From: a virus
DNA: 64,000 bases
Strand: one strand, 5' to 3'
IMG/VR virus record: IMGVR_UViG_3300031470_000033
Coordinates: 14,222 to 78,221 of that record
Within the stretch, counting starts at the first letter, position 1; every line of letters begins with the position of its first letter. Positions 8,643 to 17,852 of this stretch are shown one piece after another. The position numbers and the translations under genes are program-made. The notes below the pieces were generated by a model that had not been told where the DNA came from, searched no databases, and saw nothing but the letters and a program-made list of their open reading frames with translations.

Positions 8643-11423
8643 CTACAGTGTGCTGTATTTATTGGCATGATGACTGATAGGCCCTGTATATGGAGCGTCC
8701 TTGCGCTTTTCGCGGAACTCATCCAACCTATCAGCAATCAACCCTATGCGATGATTTGCTTCATGCATGACGCGCTTTTGTTCGATATGCTCAGGGCCCC
8801 CATGTTTACCCTTCGCCTCTAGCGCGATCATCTTATTGGTGGCTTTTTGATGCACATCACGCAATCCGTCATGGTCACGGCGTAAAGACATCTCATCGCG
8901 CATAGGCAAGTAGTCTGTCGGATAGTGAGGCGTCGCATACAGCACGCGGTCCGTCTTGGCATTTAAGGGACCATCAGCATGCGCGACCCGCGCAAGAGCA
9001 TGGGCGGGTGTTGTTTCAACAGAGGCAGGCTTACTGCCCGCGCTCATCGCTTTCAACCGCTCCATCCGCTCGGCGTCGCTCTTGCTCCGCTCGGTGTCAT
9101 CAGCCGCCTTCTGCACAGCCCGTCTGTCCTGGTCTGCGCCCGCCTCAGACCGCGCCGCCTCGCTCTTTTTTAAGAAGTCGGCGTACTCGCGCTTGGTCTT
9201 GTCGGCGTAGGATTCAGGGGCAGTCCCCGTTGCCTGTCCCGCTGCCTGGGGAGTTGCGTAAGCTGACGTATGCGTCGCATCGCGTCCCGCATCCCGCGCC
9301 GCGTAGTCGGTCGGGCCATGCGCAGCCGTCGCGGCCATCGCAACGCGCGTCTTGGCTGCAAAGTCGTCTTGCTTCCCCTGTTCCGTCGCTTGGGGGGATC
9401 TGTAGGGCGTGGACAGTGACACATCTAGATTCTTAGATACGCGCGGCACATCCCATCGTTGCGGAAACCCGATGGGATGCTTTCCCGCTGTGAGATGCGT
9501 GTCCCGGCTGCCGTTCGTCCTATCAATCGCGTTCAGGAGTGGGTGCGTCGCCTCAATGGCATGGTGCAGCGCCGCCCCATGCTCGTCTACTTGCGCCTGC
9601 AACTTGTGCGGTGTGAACATCGAGTCAGATGGATTGTTCAGCGCATGTTGCAGTAGAGGGATAGTGCGGTGAATTGTCTGGAGATGGGCTTTCTGCTCAG
9701 GTGTCACCGTATCCGAGTCCATCGCCCGATAGGCTAGGTCGCGCAGGTCATGCTGGCCCTGATCGCCGTGTAACAACTGCTGATAGTGGTTAACATCCTC
9801 GTGGCGCGGCTTGTCTATAGCCTTCGGTGCGGTGACAGCATCGGCGGGGACACGTTTTAATTCGTCAGCCGTCGGCGCAGTGTTCCACTCTGGCTCAGGA
9901 ACATTCTTGAAGTCGATGCCCTGTGCCGCTAGATGTCGTTTGTTTGTTTTGAGCAAGCGATGAGCCTGCCGCGCCTCAAACTGACTAAGTTCAGGCTTCG
10001 CCAAGAGGTCTTGCGCTCGCTTTGCATCGGCCCTGGAGAGACTTGGGCCGGACGCCAACGCTTGAAGAGCATGGCGTACCGCATGACGAGCAGTATTGTG
10101 AGGGGCATCGCCCTTAGTCTCGGCCTTCGGCGCGTCCTGGGGCTTCTCAGCCGCTGTGGGCGCGTCTTTGGCGTCAGCCATCTGACGTAACCGCCTGGCT
10201 GCTTCCTCTAGAACGCGCTGCGGATGTGAGGGGACAATTCCCGCTTTTGCCATGCGTTCTTTGGCATCCGGTGTGTGCTGACTCTCTAAATTGCCAGCCA
10301 CATAGCGCATCTCATCAGGCGTTTTGCCACTATGCTGCGCGACAAGCGCCTTTGTCCGGTCTTCCCATGCCGCGCCTTCAACAGATGTCGCACGCGCACC
10401 GCGCTCATCATCGCTGACCCGTGGCGTGTCATAGGCGGGTTTCCTGGAATGCGCGGCTTGCTTTGCATGAACGCGCGTCACGTCGGCGCGCTGCGGGTCG
10501 TTCATCGCTTTGCCACGAGCAACCGCAGCCTCGGTCATGCGACGAGCGCCTGCCCGCATTGCCTCTTTGTCCTGCGCTTCTTTGCGCGCGTCAGCCACCT
10601 TTGTCGCAGTCGCGTCGGGCAACTGGGGCTTGGCATAGGGTTGAGCATTGCGGGTAACGCTGCCGCGCGCCTTGTGCTCGGGCGACAGGCGCGTACGGGC
10701 TTCGTTATTAGCCCATCGCTCAGCCTCACCGGCATGGCTTGTATCGGCATCAATATGTGCTTTTACATCGGGGTGCTGACTGAGCACCTGCTGCTTGTGC
10801 TTCTCAAACTCAGCAGTCGCCGCCACGTCGCGCGGGTCAGCATCGCCCGATGATGCAGGCGCGGCTGTCGCCGTGCTCTCCGCACGCGCCTTCGCCAGCC
10901 CCGCCTCAGCCTGCTCCTTCGTCAGCGGCTCCGGCCCCTCTTGCGCGCTGTGAGCCTCTGGCTCCGAGGCTGACGTGCCCTGTGCACCCTGTGCGCCGCT
11001 CTCAGGAGCTTTGCCCTGGTCCGCGCCATGCAGGCGCGCGTAGGGCTTGCCAGAACTCTTGACGCCCTCTTGCTGACCCTCTTGCTTGGTGACGGGCGCT
11101 GTAGGGGTGGGCTTATGCTCGGCGTAGGACGGGTGCTCTTTCGCGCCGGGAGGGGTGTGGTCTACGGGGTGATGCTTAATAGAGTGGGGACCATTGCTGA
11201 GATTGTTGAGTGAGGCTCCTATCAGAGACTTTGGGCCTTTGGTGACAATGCCCTTGCTGCCGCCCGAACCTGAGATGAACAAATGGACACCGCCGCCGTC
11301 ACCGTCTTCGTCGCCTCCCGCGGTGACCCAATGGCCTGCCGTGCTATTGAACTCGCGCACGACAGCAGCCACGGGCGCGGTGTAGCGCGACAGAAAGGCA
11401 GTGGGGCTCATCGGTATCTCCAA
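8643..11423 (-). CDS. Large (926 aa) charged, Ala-rich protein; probable head-packaged/ejected protein
   Basis: Between portal and protease; N-terminal VVREF..HWVT..G.H.FI.G.G..TKGPKSLIG; no recognisable enzyme motif. Confidence 0.5.
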   Translation of the reverse strand: MEIPMSPTAFLSRYTAPVAAVVREFNSTAGHWVTAGGDEDGDGGGVHLFISGSGGSKGIVTKGPKSLIGASLNNLSNGPHSIKHHPVDHTPPGAKEHPSYAEHKPTPTAPVTKQEGQQEGVKSSGKPYARLHGADQGKAPESGAQGAQGTSASEPEAHSAQEGPEPLTKEQAEAGLAKARAESTATAAPASSGDADPRDVAATAEFEKHKQQVLSQHPDVKAHIDADTSHAGEAERWANNEARTRLSPEHKARGSVTRNAQPYAKPQLPDATATKVADARKEAQDKEAMRAGARRMTEAAVARGKAMNDPQRADVTRVHAKQAAHSRKPAYDTPRVSDDERGARATSVEGAAWEDRTKALVAQHSGKTPDEMRYVAGNLESQHTPDAKERMAKAGIVPSHPQRVLEEAARRLRQMADAKDAPTAAEKPQDAPKAETKGDAPHNTARHAVRHALQALASGPSLSRADAKRAQDLLAKPELSQFEARQAHRLLKTNKRHLAAQGIDFKNVPEPEWNTAPTADELKRVPADAVTAPKAIDKPRHEDVNHYQQLLHGDQGQHDLRDLAYRAMDSDTVTPEQKAHLQTIHRTIPLLQHALNNPSDSMFTPHKLQAQVDEHGAALHHAIEATHPLLNAIDRTNGSRDTHLTAGKHPIGFPQRWDVPRVSKNLDVSLSTPYRSPQATEQGKQDDFAAKTRVAMAATAAHGPTDYAARDAGRDATHTSAYATPQAAGQATGTAPESYADKTKREYADFLKKSEAARSEAGADQDRRAVQKAADDTERSKSDAERMERLKAMSAGSKPASVETTPAHALARVAHADGPLNAKTDRVLYATPHYPTDYLPMRDEMSLRRDHDGLRDVHQKATNKMIALEAKGKHGGPEHIEQKRVMHEANHRIGLIADRLDEFREKRKDAPYTGPISHHANKYSTL

Positions 11424-11458
11424 CAGGCTAGAGGGGCGCGAGGGGCACGTAGAATCGC

Positions 11459-11704
11459 TCAGGGGCGCGGTTCAACGGTCGGCGCGATGACGCGCCCGCA
11501 GCGCCGGCAGTACAGGTGCAGACCACGGTTGTCGCCGTTGGGGTCGAAGCCCGCCGCGTGCCACTCGTGCGCGCAGGCGTTCGACAACACAGGAGCTTCG
11601 TCGACGTAAGGTAGGCGCTCAAAGTCTAGCCTTTTCGTCGGCACGTAGCCGTGGCCCGTGTAGACGCCCTGGGGTGTCGTGTCGTCATCGTCGTCGTGGC
11701 TCAT
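11459..11704 (-). CDS. Small Cys/His protein (C.H.W...CRRC), possible zinc binder
   Basis: GGAGA RBS before ATG 11704; 81 aa. Confidence 0.5.
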   Translation of the reverse strand: MSHDDDDDTTPQGVYTGHGYVPTKRLDFERLPYVDEAPVLSNACAHEWHAAGFDPNGDNRGLHLYCRRCGRVIAPTVEPRP

Positions 11705-11875
11705 AGTTCTCCCAGGTGGCGGGTTGTCAAATTGAGGATTATCTGACGTGGACGCAATCCCCTTAACGCCAATTGGCAAGAGCGAGTAATCAAAGGGTCT
11801 ATCTGCGGTATAGCAACCGCCCCTCGGCCTACTCATGCCTTAACCTCCGTCACGCTATGCCCATTCTCATGACTG

Positions 11876-12118
11876 TCACCCCGTCACAGCGAATGTGTTA
11901 TCTTCCACACTCGCATCAGGCGCACCGTCGCCAAGCGCCGGGCCCGTGTCAATCCCCAACGCCGCATTCCCACAATCGGTCAACCATTGCGCCTGCGTGC
12001 GACCATCGGGCGGGGTCTCGGGATAGCTGAACTGAGCGGCGGGCGTGGTCCCGTTCGTGGTGATGACGACGACGATGCCGCTGCCGGTATCGCTCGTGGA
12101 CAGGATGCTCGCGGCCAT
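11876..12118 (-). CDS. Small hypothetical protein
   Basis: Start overlaps stop of the upstream gene (TAATG coupling). Confidence 0.5.
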   Translation of the reverse strand: MAASILSTSDTGSGIVVVITTNGTTPAAQFSYPETPPDGRTQAQWLTDCGNAALGIDTGPALGDGAPDASVEDNTFAVTG

Positions 12119-12345
12119 CAGCGCGCCCCCAATATATACGCCGTCGCGTTCGGCCCCTTGGGCGTCACGCTATCGACGAGCGCGGTCGCCGCCGCCTGCA
12201 TCGCCGCCTGCGACGTGGGCAGGTCGGCGAGACCAGGCAACACAACGTTGCGGAAGCGCGGCACAACCACCTTGCCCGACGGGTGCAAGACGGTGATGTG
12301 AAAATGCCCGCCGATGGTCGCGGTGTTTGTCACGGTGGATGGCAT
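12118..12345 (-). CDS. Small hypothetical protein
   Basis: GGAG RBS; translationally coupled to next gene. Confidence 0.5.
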   Translation of the reverse strand: MPSTVTNTATIGGHFHITVLHPSGKVVVPRFRNVVLPGLADLPTSQAAMQAAATALVDSVTPKGPNATAYILGAR

Positions 12346-12366
12346 TAACGTCTCCCTGACCGTCGC

Positions 12367-12909
12367 TCATAGAATTAGTGCGCCTGCCAGCGAGTACGAC
12401 CAACTAGAGGCGTCGTTATGGGTCGCGCTCGCCGTCCACACGCGGGGCAACACGCCATTTTGCGCGAGCGTTAATCCACCAAGGGCAGCGGCCGTATTAG
12501 GGAATCCGGGATAGAGCGCATAGGTATAAAGCCCATTGGCGCTATTCGCCGTGGCGCCGGCGGCCACGGCGGGGGTTGTGAGCAGGTTAACAACCGCCAT
12601 ACCAGTCACGGGTTCTATCGCTCGAATTGCGACCGTCAGCGTGGACGTTGCCACCGCAGGCGATGCCGTCACATTGAGAAACAGCATCACCCCTCGGTGA
12701 TTTAAGCACGCCTGGGTGGCGATAGGAGGCGTGCTCGTGCGTGTGCCGGCGACGACGAGGACAAATTGAATGTTGTTCAATGCCAGGTCTGTGCCCGTGC
12801 CGTTGTTGTAGGTCATGCCCTGTTCGGGCACTTCGCCGAGCGGGGTGCCCTCAACGCGGACGGATGTGCCGCCGTAGGCTAGGTCAGTGCGTTCGCTCAT
12901 CGGCGACAT
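12367..12909 (-). CDS. Beta-rich hypothetical virion protein
   Basis: Thr/Ala/Val-rich 180 aa, GGAGG RBS; in head gene region. Confidence 0.5.
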   Translation of the reverse strand: MSPMSERTDLAYGGTSVRVEGTPLGEVPEQGMTYNNGTGTDLALNNIQFVLVVAGTRTSTPPIATQACLNHRGVMLFLNVTASPAVATSTLTVAIRAIEPVTGMAVVNLLTTPAVAAGATANSANGLYTYALYPGFPNTAAALGGLTLAQNGVLPRVWTASATHNDASSWSYSLAGALIL

Positions 12910-13124
12910 CCTCCAACGGGGCTAGGGTTTGCCGCTCATGCCGCCACTCGGCGTCCGGGCGCGATATACTATGGATGAGCGCAGTGTGCATACACGCGTG
13001 GCAGATGGCTACGGCCGCTGCCCCCTTAGCGGACGTACGTCCGCTCCTCTCGCATGAGAGGGCCTTGTGGAGAATGGCCCGCCTTTATGGCGGGCCTTCT
13101 CGTTGTCATCGCGCTACCGGCTCT

Positions 13125-13970
13125 TTAGAAAGGCAACCGTAACTGCTCAAGTTCCGGAAGATGCGACTTACGCCGACCGTTTTGTCTTTCTCGCTGCGAC
13201 TGCGAGAGTTTGGCCCGATGCTCTGCCGTCAGGGGCCGGCCGGTTTTGGCGCGTATGGACGCAGCGCGACACGCCTCTGGCATGCACCCAGGGGTTGCTC
13301 GCGCCTTCGACGCTGCTGACAGTTTCGCACGTGTCTCAGGCGATATCGTGTGGGTTTCTGCCCATTTGCGTTTCGCCTGGGACATGCGCTCTCGGACCTC
13401 AGGCGTAAAGAAGCGTTCGCGTTCACCGTCACGAGCCCAACGTTTACGCGCGGCAGCGCCGAGTTTCTCGCGCAATTCAGGGGAGCGCACTCCTGCATCC
13501 AGCCATCTGCGCTGACCCTCATGTAGGCGTTTTATCTGTTCAGGAGACTGGGCTTTCCCTTTGTGTGCAAGAGAGAGCTTGCGACGTGTCTCCTCAGACT
13601 TCACATGACCCGTCGCGCCATGTCCACCGTTTGTAGCATTGGTCAAGGGAAGACCGCGCTGGCGCGCTTCCGCAATATAAGCAATCTCGGCTACATTGGC
13701 ATCGGGGAGAGGAACCCATAGGAGAACACGTAAGACGGCCCATTCGCCATGCGCCAGAAGCGAACGTATCCAGTCGTTCTTATGGGTCTTAGTGCAAAGG
13801 AGACGCGGGTTATGATGCTCGCGAATCCTGTACGGCGGGTTTACTGCCTGCCCAATGTACCGGATTTGTCCGTCAGGAGCACATAAGCAATAAATAGCCG
13901 TTTCCCCGGGGCAGGGTTGCGGATTGAGGTTAGCATCGAAGTCAAGGGGGTACACTAAGGGCAGAGACAT
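13125..13970 (-). CDS. GIY-YIG homing endonuclease with NUMOD3-like repeats
   Basis: AIYCL...RYIGQ...RIREH...E..YI...LTN catalytic set; repeated H.KSEETRRKLS / ISPETRAKLS / LTAEHRAKLS units. Confidence 0.85.
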   Translation of the reverse strand: MSLPLVYPLDFDANLNPQPCPGETAIYCLCAPDGQIRYIGQAVNPPYRIREHHNPRLLCTKTHKNDWIRSLLAHGEWAVLRVLLWVPLPDANVAEIAYIAEARQRGLPLTNATNGGHGATGHVKSEETRRKLSLAHKGKAQSPEQIKRLHEGQRRWLDAGVRSPELREKLGAAARKRWARDGERERFFTPEVRERMSQAKRKWAETHTISPETRAKLSAASKARATPGCMPEACRAASIRAKTGRPLTAEHRAKLSQSQRERQNGRRKSHLPELEQLRLPF

Positions 13971-14049
13971 GGCAGGCTCCTATCTGCTATCGTCTTTAGG
14001 GGCGTGTTGGTGCTTGCTACACCGTGCGCCCCGCTCCCTTAATTATACC

Positions 14050-16131
14050 TCACATCGGCTTTCTACTTTGCCCGCCGCTCGGTGTCTTGGCGCTCGATGA
14101 GGGCGCTTGCGCGCCCATCGTCGCCGCTTCAGCGTGGGTCTTGGCGACCTGCGCGTCAACCAGCGCCCCGTGCTGGTCCGTCTTTTGCTGGTCCTGCGTC
14201 GCCTTCTGTTGCGCGGCCTGTTGCTGCTGCTCTTTCTCTTCGTTGGCTTGATCCAGGGCATCATTATGCTGTTCCAGGCGCAGGTCTACAGCTTGCTCCC
14301 AGTCGGTCATGGCATCGCTCACGTCGTCTACATTGAATAATTCATACGCCATACGTGCGGCTTGTTCCTGGGTGATGTATCCACCTTTGGCCGCCGTATC
14401 CACAGCTTGTATGGATGCGGGAATGTCGCGGGCTAGGATTTTGGGCATGGACACGTCATAGCCACCGCGTGATTTATTGGCCTTGCTCTTTTGCGCGTCG
14501 GCGCGACGCTTGCCCGTCATCACCGTCGGCATAACGGGGGCAGGTGGCAACGGGGATACATCAGATGGTGCGGGCATGGGCATGTCCGCCTCTTTCACCG
14601 GCGCGGCCTCGGCGTTGACCGCCTGCACGGGCGTCCCATCCAACCGCACCTTGTCGGGCGCAGGCTCTGCTCTATCCCAGTCAATCATCTCGTGGCCGTG
14701 CCGGTAGACGACGGGCGCTATGATGCGTTTGGCCTTAGCAGCCTGTGTCAGCGCGTAGTCAATCAGCGCACGTAGCAGGTCACGCCACGCGCTCTGGCGA
14801 TCCTCGTACATCTTGAGGACGGGCAACTCCATGGCGACCGCCGTCGCCAGCCTGCTCGTTTCCGTGGACATGAGGATGTAGTGCGTGGGCAACCCGAACG
14901 CCGTGCCGACCATTTGGGCCAGCGCCTCAAGGTCCTGCGTTGCGCCCGCCGCGCCTGTGTCGAACTTGGGGAAGTCGATATCGACGCCCTGGCTCTTGGT
15001 ATAGACCTGCGCCACGCCCGTCGGGTTGCGCTCCAGGCCCCGCCATGGGCTCGTGGCCATGGACGACCGTTCGAGCGCGGCTGACGCCTGCACCTGCTGC
15101 GGACCACCCTTGACGGTCTTGATCATGCTGATTTTGGCGAGCGCCTGCATAATCATCACGCGGGCGTCCATGAAGCGCTTGTGCTCCACGACCCACACCA
15201 CCGCCGCCGCCATGTCCGGTATACCCCTGAGCCCGCCAATCCTATTGACGGGGAAGTGCGCCATCACCGCGCCGTCAGGGGCGCGCTTGAAGCCGCGCTT
15301 CTCGCGGTACGGGTCGCGGTCCCCCTCGTCACTCTCCTCGGGAGGGGCGACATTCCGCCAGTCGGGATAGTACACGTAGTCAGCCTGATCGGCCATCGGC
15401 AACGGTTGCCCGTTGCCGAAGTCATACGCCTGGTCCATCGTCTGCACGCGGTAGTACAGCGGGCGGCGTCTATCTTCGGGGTGCGGCACGATGTCAGCCA
15501 CGCGCATCGTATCGACGGTGCGCCACTTACAATGGCCGTCGTCAGCGACGGCCACGACCACAAAGATTTCGCCCGCGATGCGCTGCTGCCTATCAGTCTC
15601 TTTCTGCCCCTCGTGCGTCGCAAACTCAAAATTGTCAGGGTCGTCCCAACAGTCTGAGATGACCGCCTGCACGTCCGCGTCCGACGACACGGGCATGGGA
15701 ATGCCCTGCCCAATGACGTAGCTTGTGCCCAGCCTCAGCGCGTTGTGGACGGGCGGCGAGGCGATCGCCAGGTTGCGGCCCATACCGACGTACTGGCGGC
15801 GCTGGCCTGGTTGGAGGTCAACGGCCAGTTGGGGGTCTTGCTGCCCGCCCTGCCCCCACTCATACAGACCGTTCAGTTGCAGGTCGATGTCAGGGTTAGA
15901 GTTCGAAAGAAACGACGTGACCTCACGAATTATGCACAATTCTGCCCCATCGTAGTCCCCCGCCTCCAGCGCCGCCATCGCATCAGGGAAGTTTTGCCGC
16001 GCCTCTTTGACGATAGGGTCGGCCTCAATCTGCTCGCGCACCGCAGCGGCGTAGATTTCGGCCTCGGAGAGGGGACGTGTGTCCTCAACATCGGTGCCTG
16101 TCAGCGTGGGGTAGGCTGGCATCGGCAACAC
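14050..16131 (-). CDS. Portal protein
   Basis: 693 aa downstream of terminase; GEIF, H..VN...G.RG..D, QMVGTAFGLPTHY...ATAVAMELP...RQ..W motifs; probable start ATG 16122. Confidence 0.85.
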   Translation of the reverse strand: MLPMPAYPTLTGTDVEDTRPLSEAEIYAAAVREQIEADPIVKEARQNFPDAMAALEAGDYDGAELCIIREVTSFLSNSNPDIDLQLNGLYEWGQGGQQDPQLAVDLQPGQRRQYVGMGRNLAIASPPVHNALRLGTSYVIGQGIPMPVSSDADVQAVISDCWDDPDNFEFATHEGQKETDRQQRIAGEIFVVVAVADDGHCKWRTVDTMRVADIVPHPEDRRRPLYYRVQTMDQAYDFGNGQPLPMADQADYVYYPDWRNVAPPEESDEGDRDPYREKRGFKRAPDGAVMAHFPVNRIGGLRGIPDMAAAVVWVVEHKRFMDARVMIMQALAKISMIKTVKGGPQQVQASAALERSSMATSPWRGLERNPTGVAQVYTKSQGVDIDFPKFDTGAAGATQDLEALAQMVGTAFGLPTHYILMSTETSRLATAVAMELPVLKMYEDRQSAWRDLLRALIDYALTQAAKAKRIIAPVVYRHGHEMIDWDRAEPAPDKVRLDGTPVQAVNAEAAPVKEADMPMPAPSDVSPLPPAPVMPTVMTGKRRADAQKSKANKSRGGYDVSMPKILARDIPASIQAVDTAAKGGYITQEQAARMAYELFNVDDVSDAMTDWEQAVDLRLEQHNDALDQANEEKEQQQQAAQQKATQDQQKTDQHGALVDAQVAKTHAEAATMGAQAPSSSAKTPSGGQSRKPM

Positions 16132-16171
16132 GTCCTATCGTCTTAATGCGCGATACTGAGAGCGGGAGGAT

Positions 16172-16444
16172 ATGGACATGAAAGATAGACACACAGGGAC
16201 GCCCTGCACCGTCATTGGCTGGTGCGACCGCTCAGGGCCAGATGGCACACCGTTCACGCGCCTGCTTGCCACGCCACTCACTGGCAAGATACGAACAGTC
16301 AGCGATGACGGACGCCCTATCGGTGTTGTCTTTGATGACATAGACGCAGCACGCGCTGTCATGCCGATTGAGGCCGACAAAATTGTGACATGGAACAGAC
16401 AGAAGTCAGCACTGATTAAGAACGTAAGCAATGGCCATGACTGA
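16172..16444 (+). CDS. Hypothetical protein (antisense to late operon)
   Basis: GGGAGG RBS before ATG; fills an otherwise empty gap. Confidence 0.5.
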   Translation: MDMKDRHTGTPCTVIGWCDRSGPDGTPFTRLLATPLTGKIRTVSDDGRPIGVVFDDIDAARAVMPIEADKIVTWNRQKSALIKNVSNGHD

Positions 16445-16685
16445 GACAGATAGACGATGCGCCGTATGTGACACACCCCTTACATCGGACGCGCACTACT
16501 TAACCAGCGTCATTGCCACAGAGCAAGATGGCGACACAGGCGACGCCTATCTCTATGCCTGCGAGAAGCATGGATGGGACGCCCTCAATGCACGCGTGAA
16601 CGCATTACCGCGCGACGACGATGACTGGATGATTGTGCCGGGCTACAGGCGCTCAGGAGGCGCATACGCGCCGCTAACGTCGTAG
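16431..16685 (+). CDS. Small acidic CxxC...CxxH protein (antisense to late operon)
   Basis: Overlaps upstream plus-strand gene; CAVC and CEKH motifs. Confidence 0.5.
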   Translation: MAMTETDRRCAVCDTPLTSDAHYLTSVIATEQDGDTGDAYLYACEKHGWDALNARVNALPRDDDDWMIVPGYRRSGGAYAPLTS

Positions 16686-16946
16686 GTAATGGTCGCACTC
16701 GCTAATGGGCACACAGACCGCCTTGGCCTCGGGCACATGCCAGCGCGTGCTGCCGTTCGACATGACACGGGCGCCGGGCGCGAACACATACTCCGTGTCG
16801 GTGGTCGCCACCAGCACACCGTCAATGGTCGTGCCCGCCTTGGTAATCATCCAGACCGTGTAGACGCGGCGTGCGTCTATAGGATCACCAGAGGCGGCCA
16901 TAGCCTCACGGAGAAGCCAGCGGGTGGCGCGATGGACGATGCTCAT
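16674..16946 (-). CDS. Small hypothetical protein
   Basis: ATGA-type overlap with upstream gene. Confidence 0.5.
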   Translation of the reverse strand: MSIVHRATRWLLREAMAASGDPIDARRVYTVWMITKAGTTIDGVLVATTDTEYVFAPGARVMSNGSTRWHVPEAKAVCVPISECDHYLRR

Positions 16947-17824
16947 GGCTGATGGGCCACCATCTTGACAGCATTGCGCGTGGCGACAGGGGTGGCGCTG
17001 AACTCCATGCCCACTTGCATCATCAATGGCGCATCTGTCTCAATCTCGGCAGCGTCTTTGGACTGGACGCGTCGGAATGAAAACGCCAATCCTTCAGGTC
17101 GTCGCGTGGTCACATGCACCGGGCTTTTATCGGGCGTTGGCAGTAGGAACCATTCGTTCGGACGGCGCAAAGACTTCTCGCACACCACCTGCACGATAGG
17201 GCGCAGCATCAATGAACGGCGCGCATCGCGTGCGTACCTCTCATCAACTGAGTTGCCCGTCCCACTAGCAATCAAAACCGTCGCATTAAGCAATTGCGCC
17301 GCCTCTTGCGCGAGGGCAGGCGGGACAATGAGATAAACCGCTGTGCCCCGAAGATGGTCAAGTCCGTCGAGTATCGCCTCGTGCGTCAGTGCCGCGCCCG
17401 ACCCTTCAATAACATTGCCGCGCTCAACGGCAAAAGCGGGCAGGCCATCATCCGCAAGAGCGTGACCCTCAAACACGGCGCGTATCTGCGCGGCAACCGT
17501 GCGCTCCATCATGCCTATCACTTTGTAGGGAATGCCGCGCAGAAAGCCTTGGTCATCGTTATCCAGCACGGCACGCGGGATCGTGATGATGCGCCCCCAT
17601 TGCGTGAGTGGCGTCTCCGTATCAGGAGGGGTAGGCGCGCTATCGGGAGAGGTCGTGTGATGCGCGTACATGCGCCATGCAGCTTCCGTGTTGTACTGCG
17701 TAGCCCAAGCAGCCATCTCACGATACACCGAGGCGCAATAGCCGTCGGCCCACGCGTCGAAGCCTAGCCTGGCTATCTGCTCAGTCAACGGTCGTGTGTC
17801 ACTCGGATCGAAAACGACACCCAT
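16943..17824 (-). CDS. Divergent paralog of the major capsid protein
   Basis: Colinear motifs with MCP: QWGRIITIPRAVLDNDD vs KWGRYISLPFQVIENDD; DGLPAF..GN vs DGLPIF..GN; YLIVPPALAQEAAQLLNATVLIASGT vs YLVVPASLAQQAAQILNSTVLIAAGT; strong GGGGGAGG RBS. Confidence 0.85.
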   Translation of the reverse strand: MGVVFDPSDTRPLTEQIARLGFDAWADGYCASVYREMAAWATQYNTEAAWRMYAHHTTSPDSAPTPPDTETPLTQWGRIITIPRAVLDNDDQGFLRGIPYKVIGMMERTVAAQIRAVFEGHALADDGLPAFAVERGNVIEGSGAALTHEAILDGLDHLRGTAVYLIVPPALAQEAAQLLNATVLIASGTGNSVDERYARDARRSLMLRPIVQVVCEKSLRRPNEWFLLPTPDKSPVHVTTRRPEGLAFSFRRVQSKDAAEIETDAPLMMQVGMEFSATPVATRNAVKMVAHQP

Positions 17825-17852
17825 TCCTCCCCCTTACTAACGCCGCTCACAC

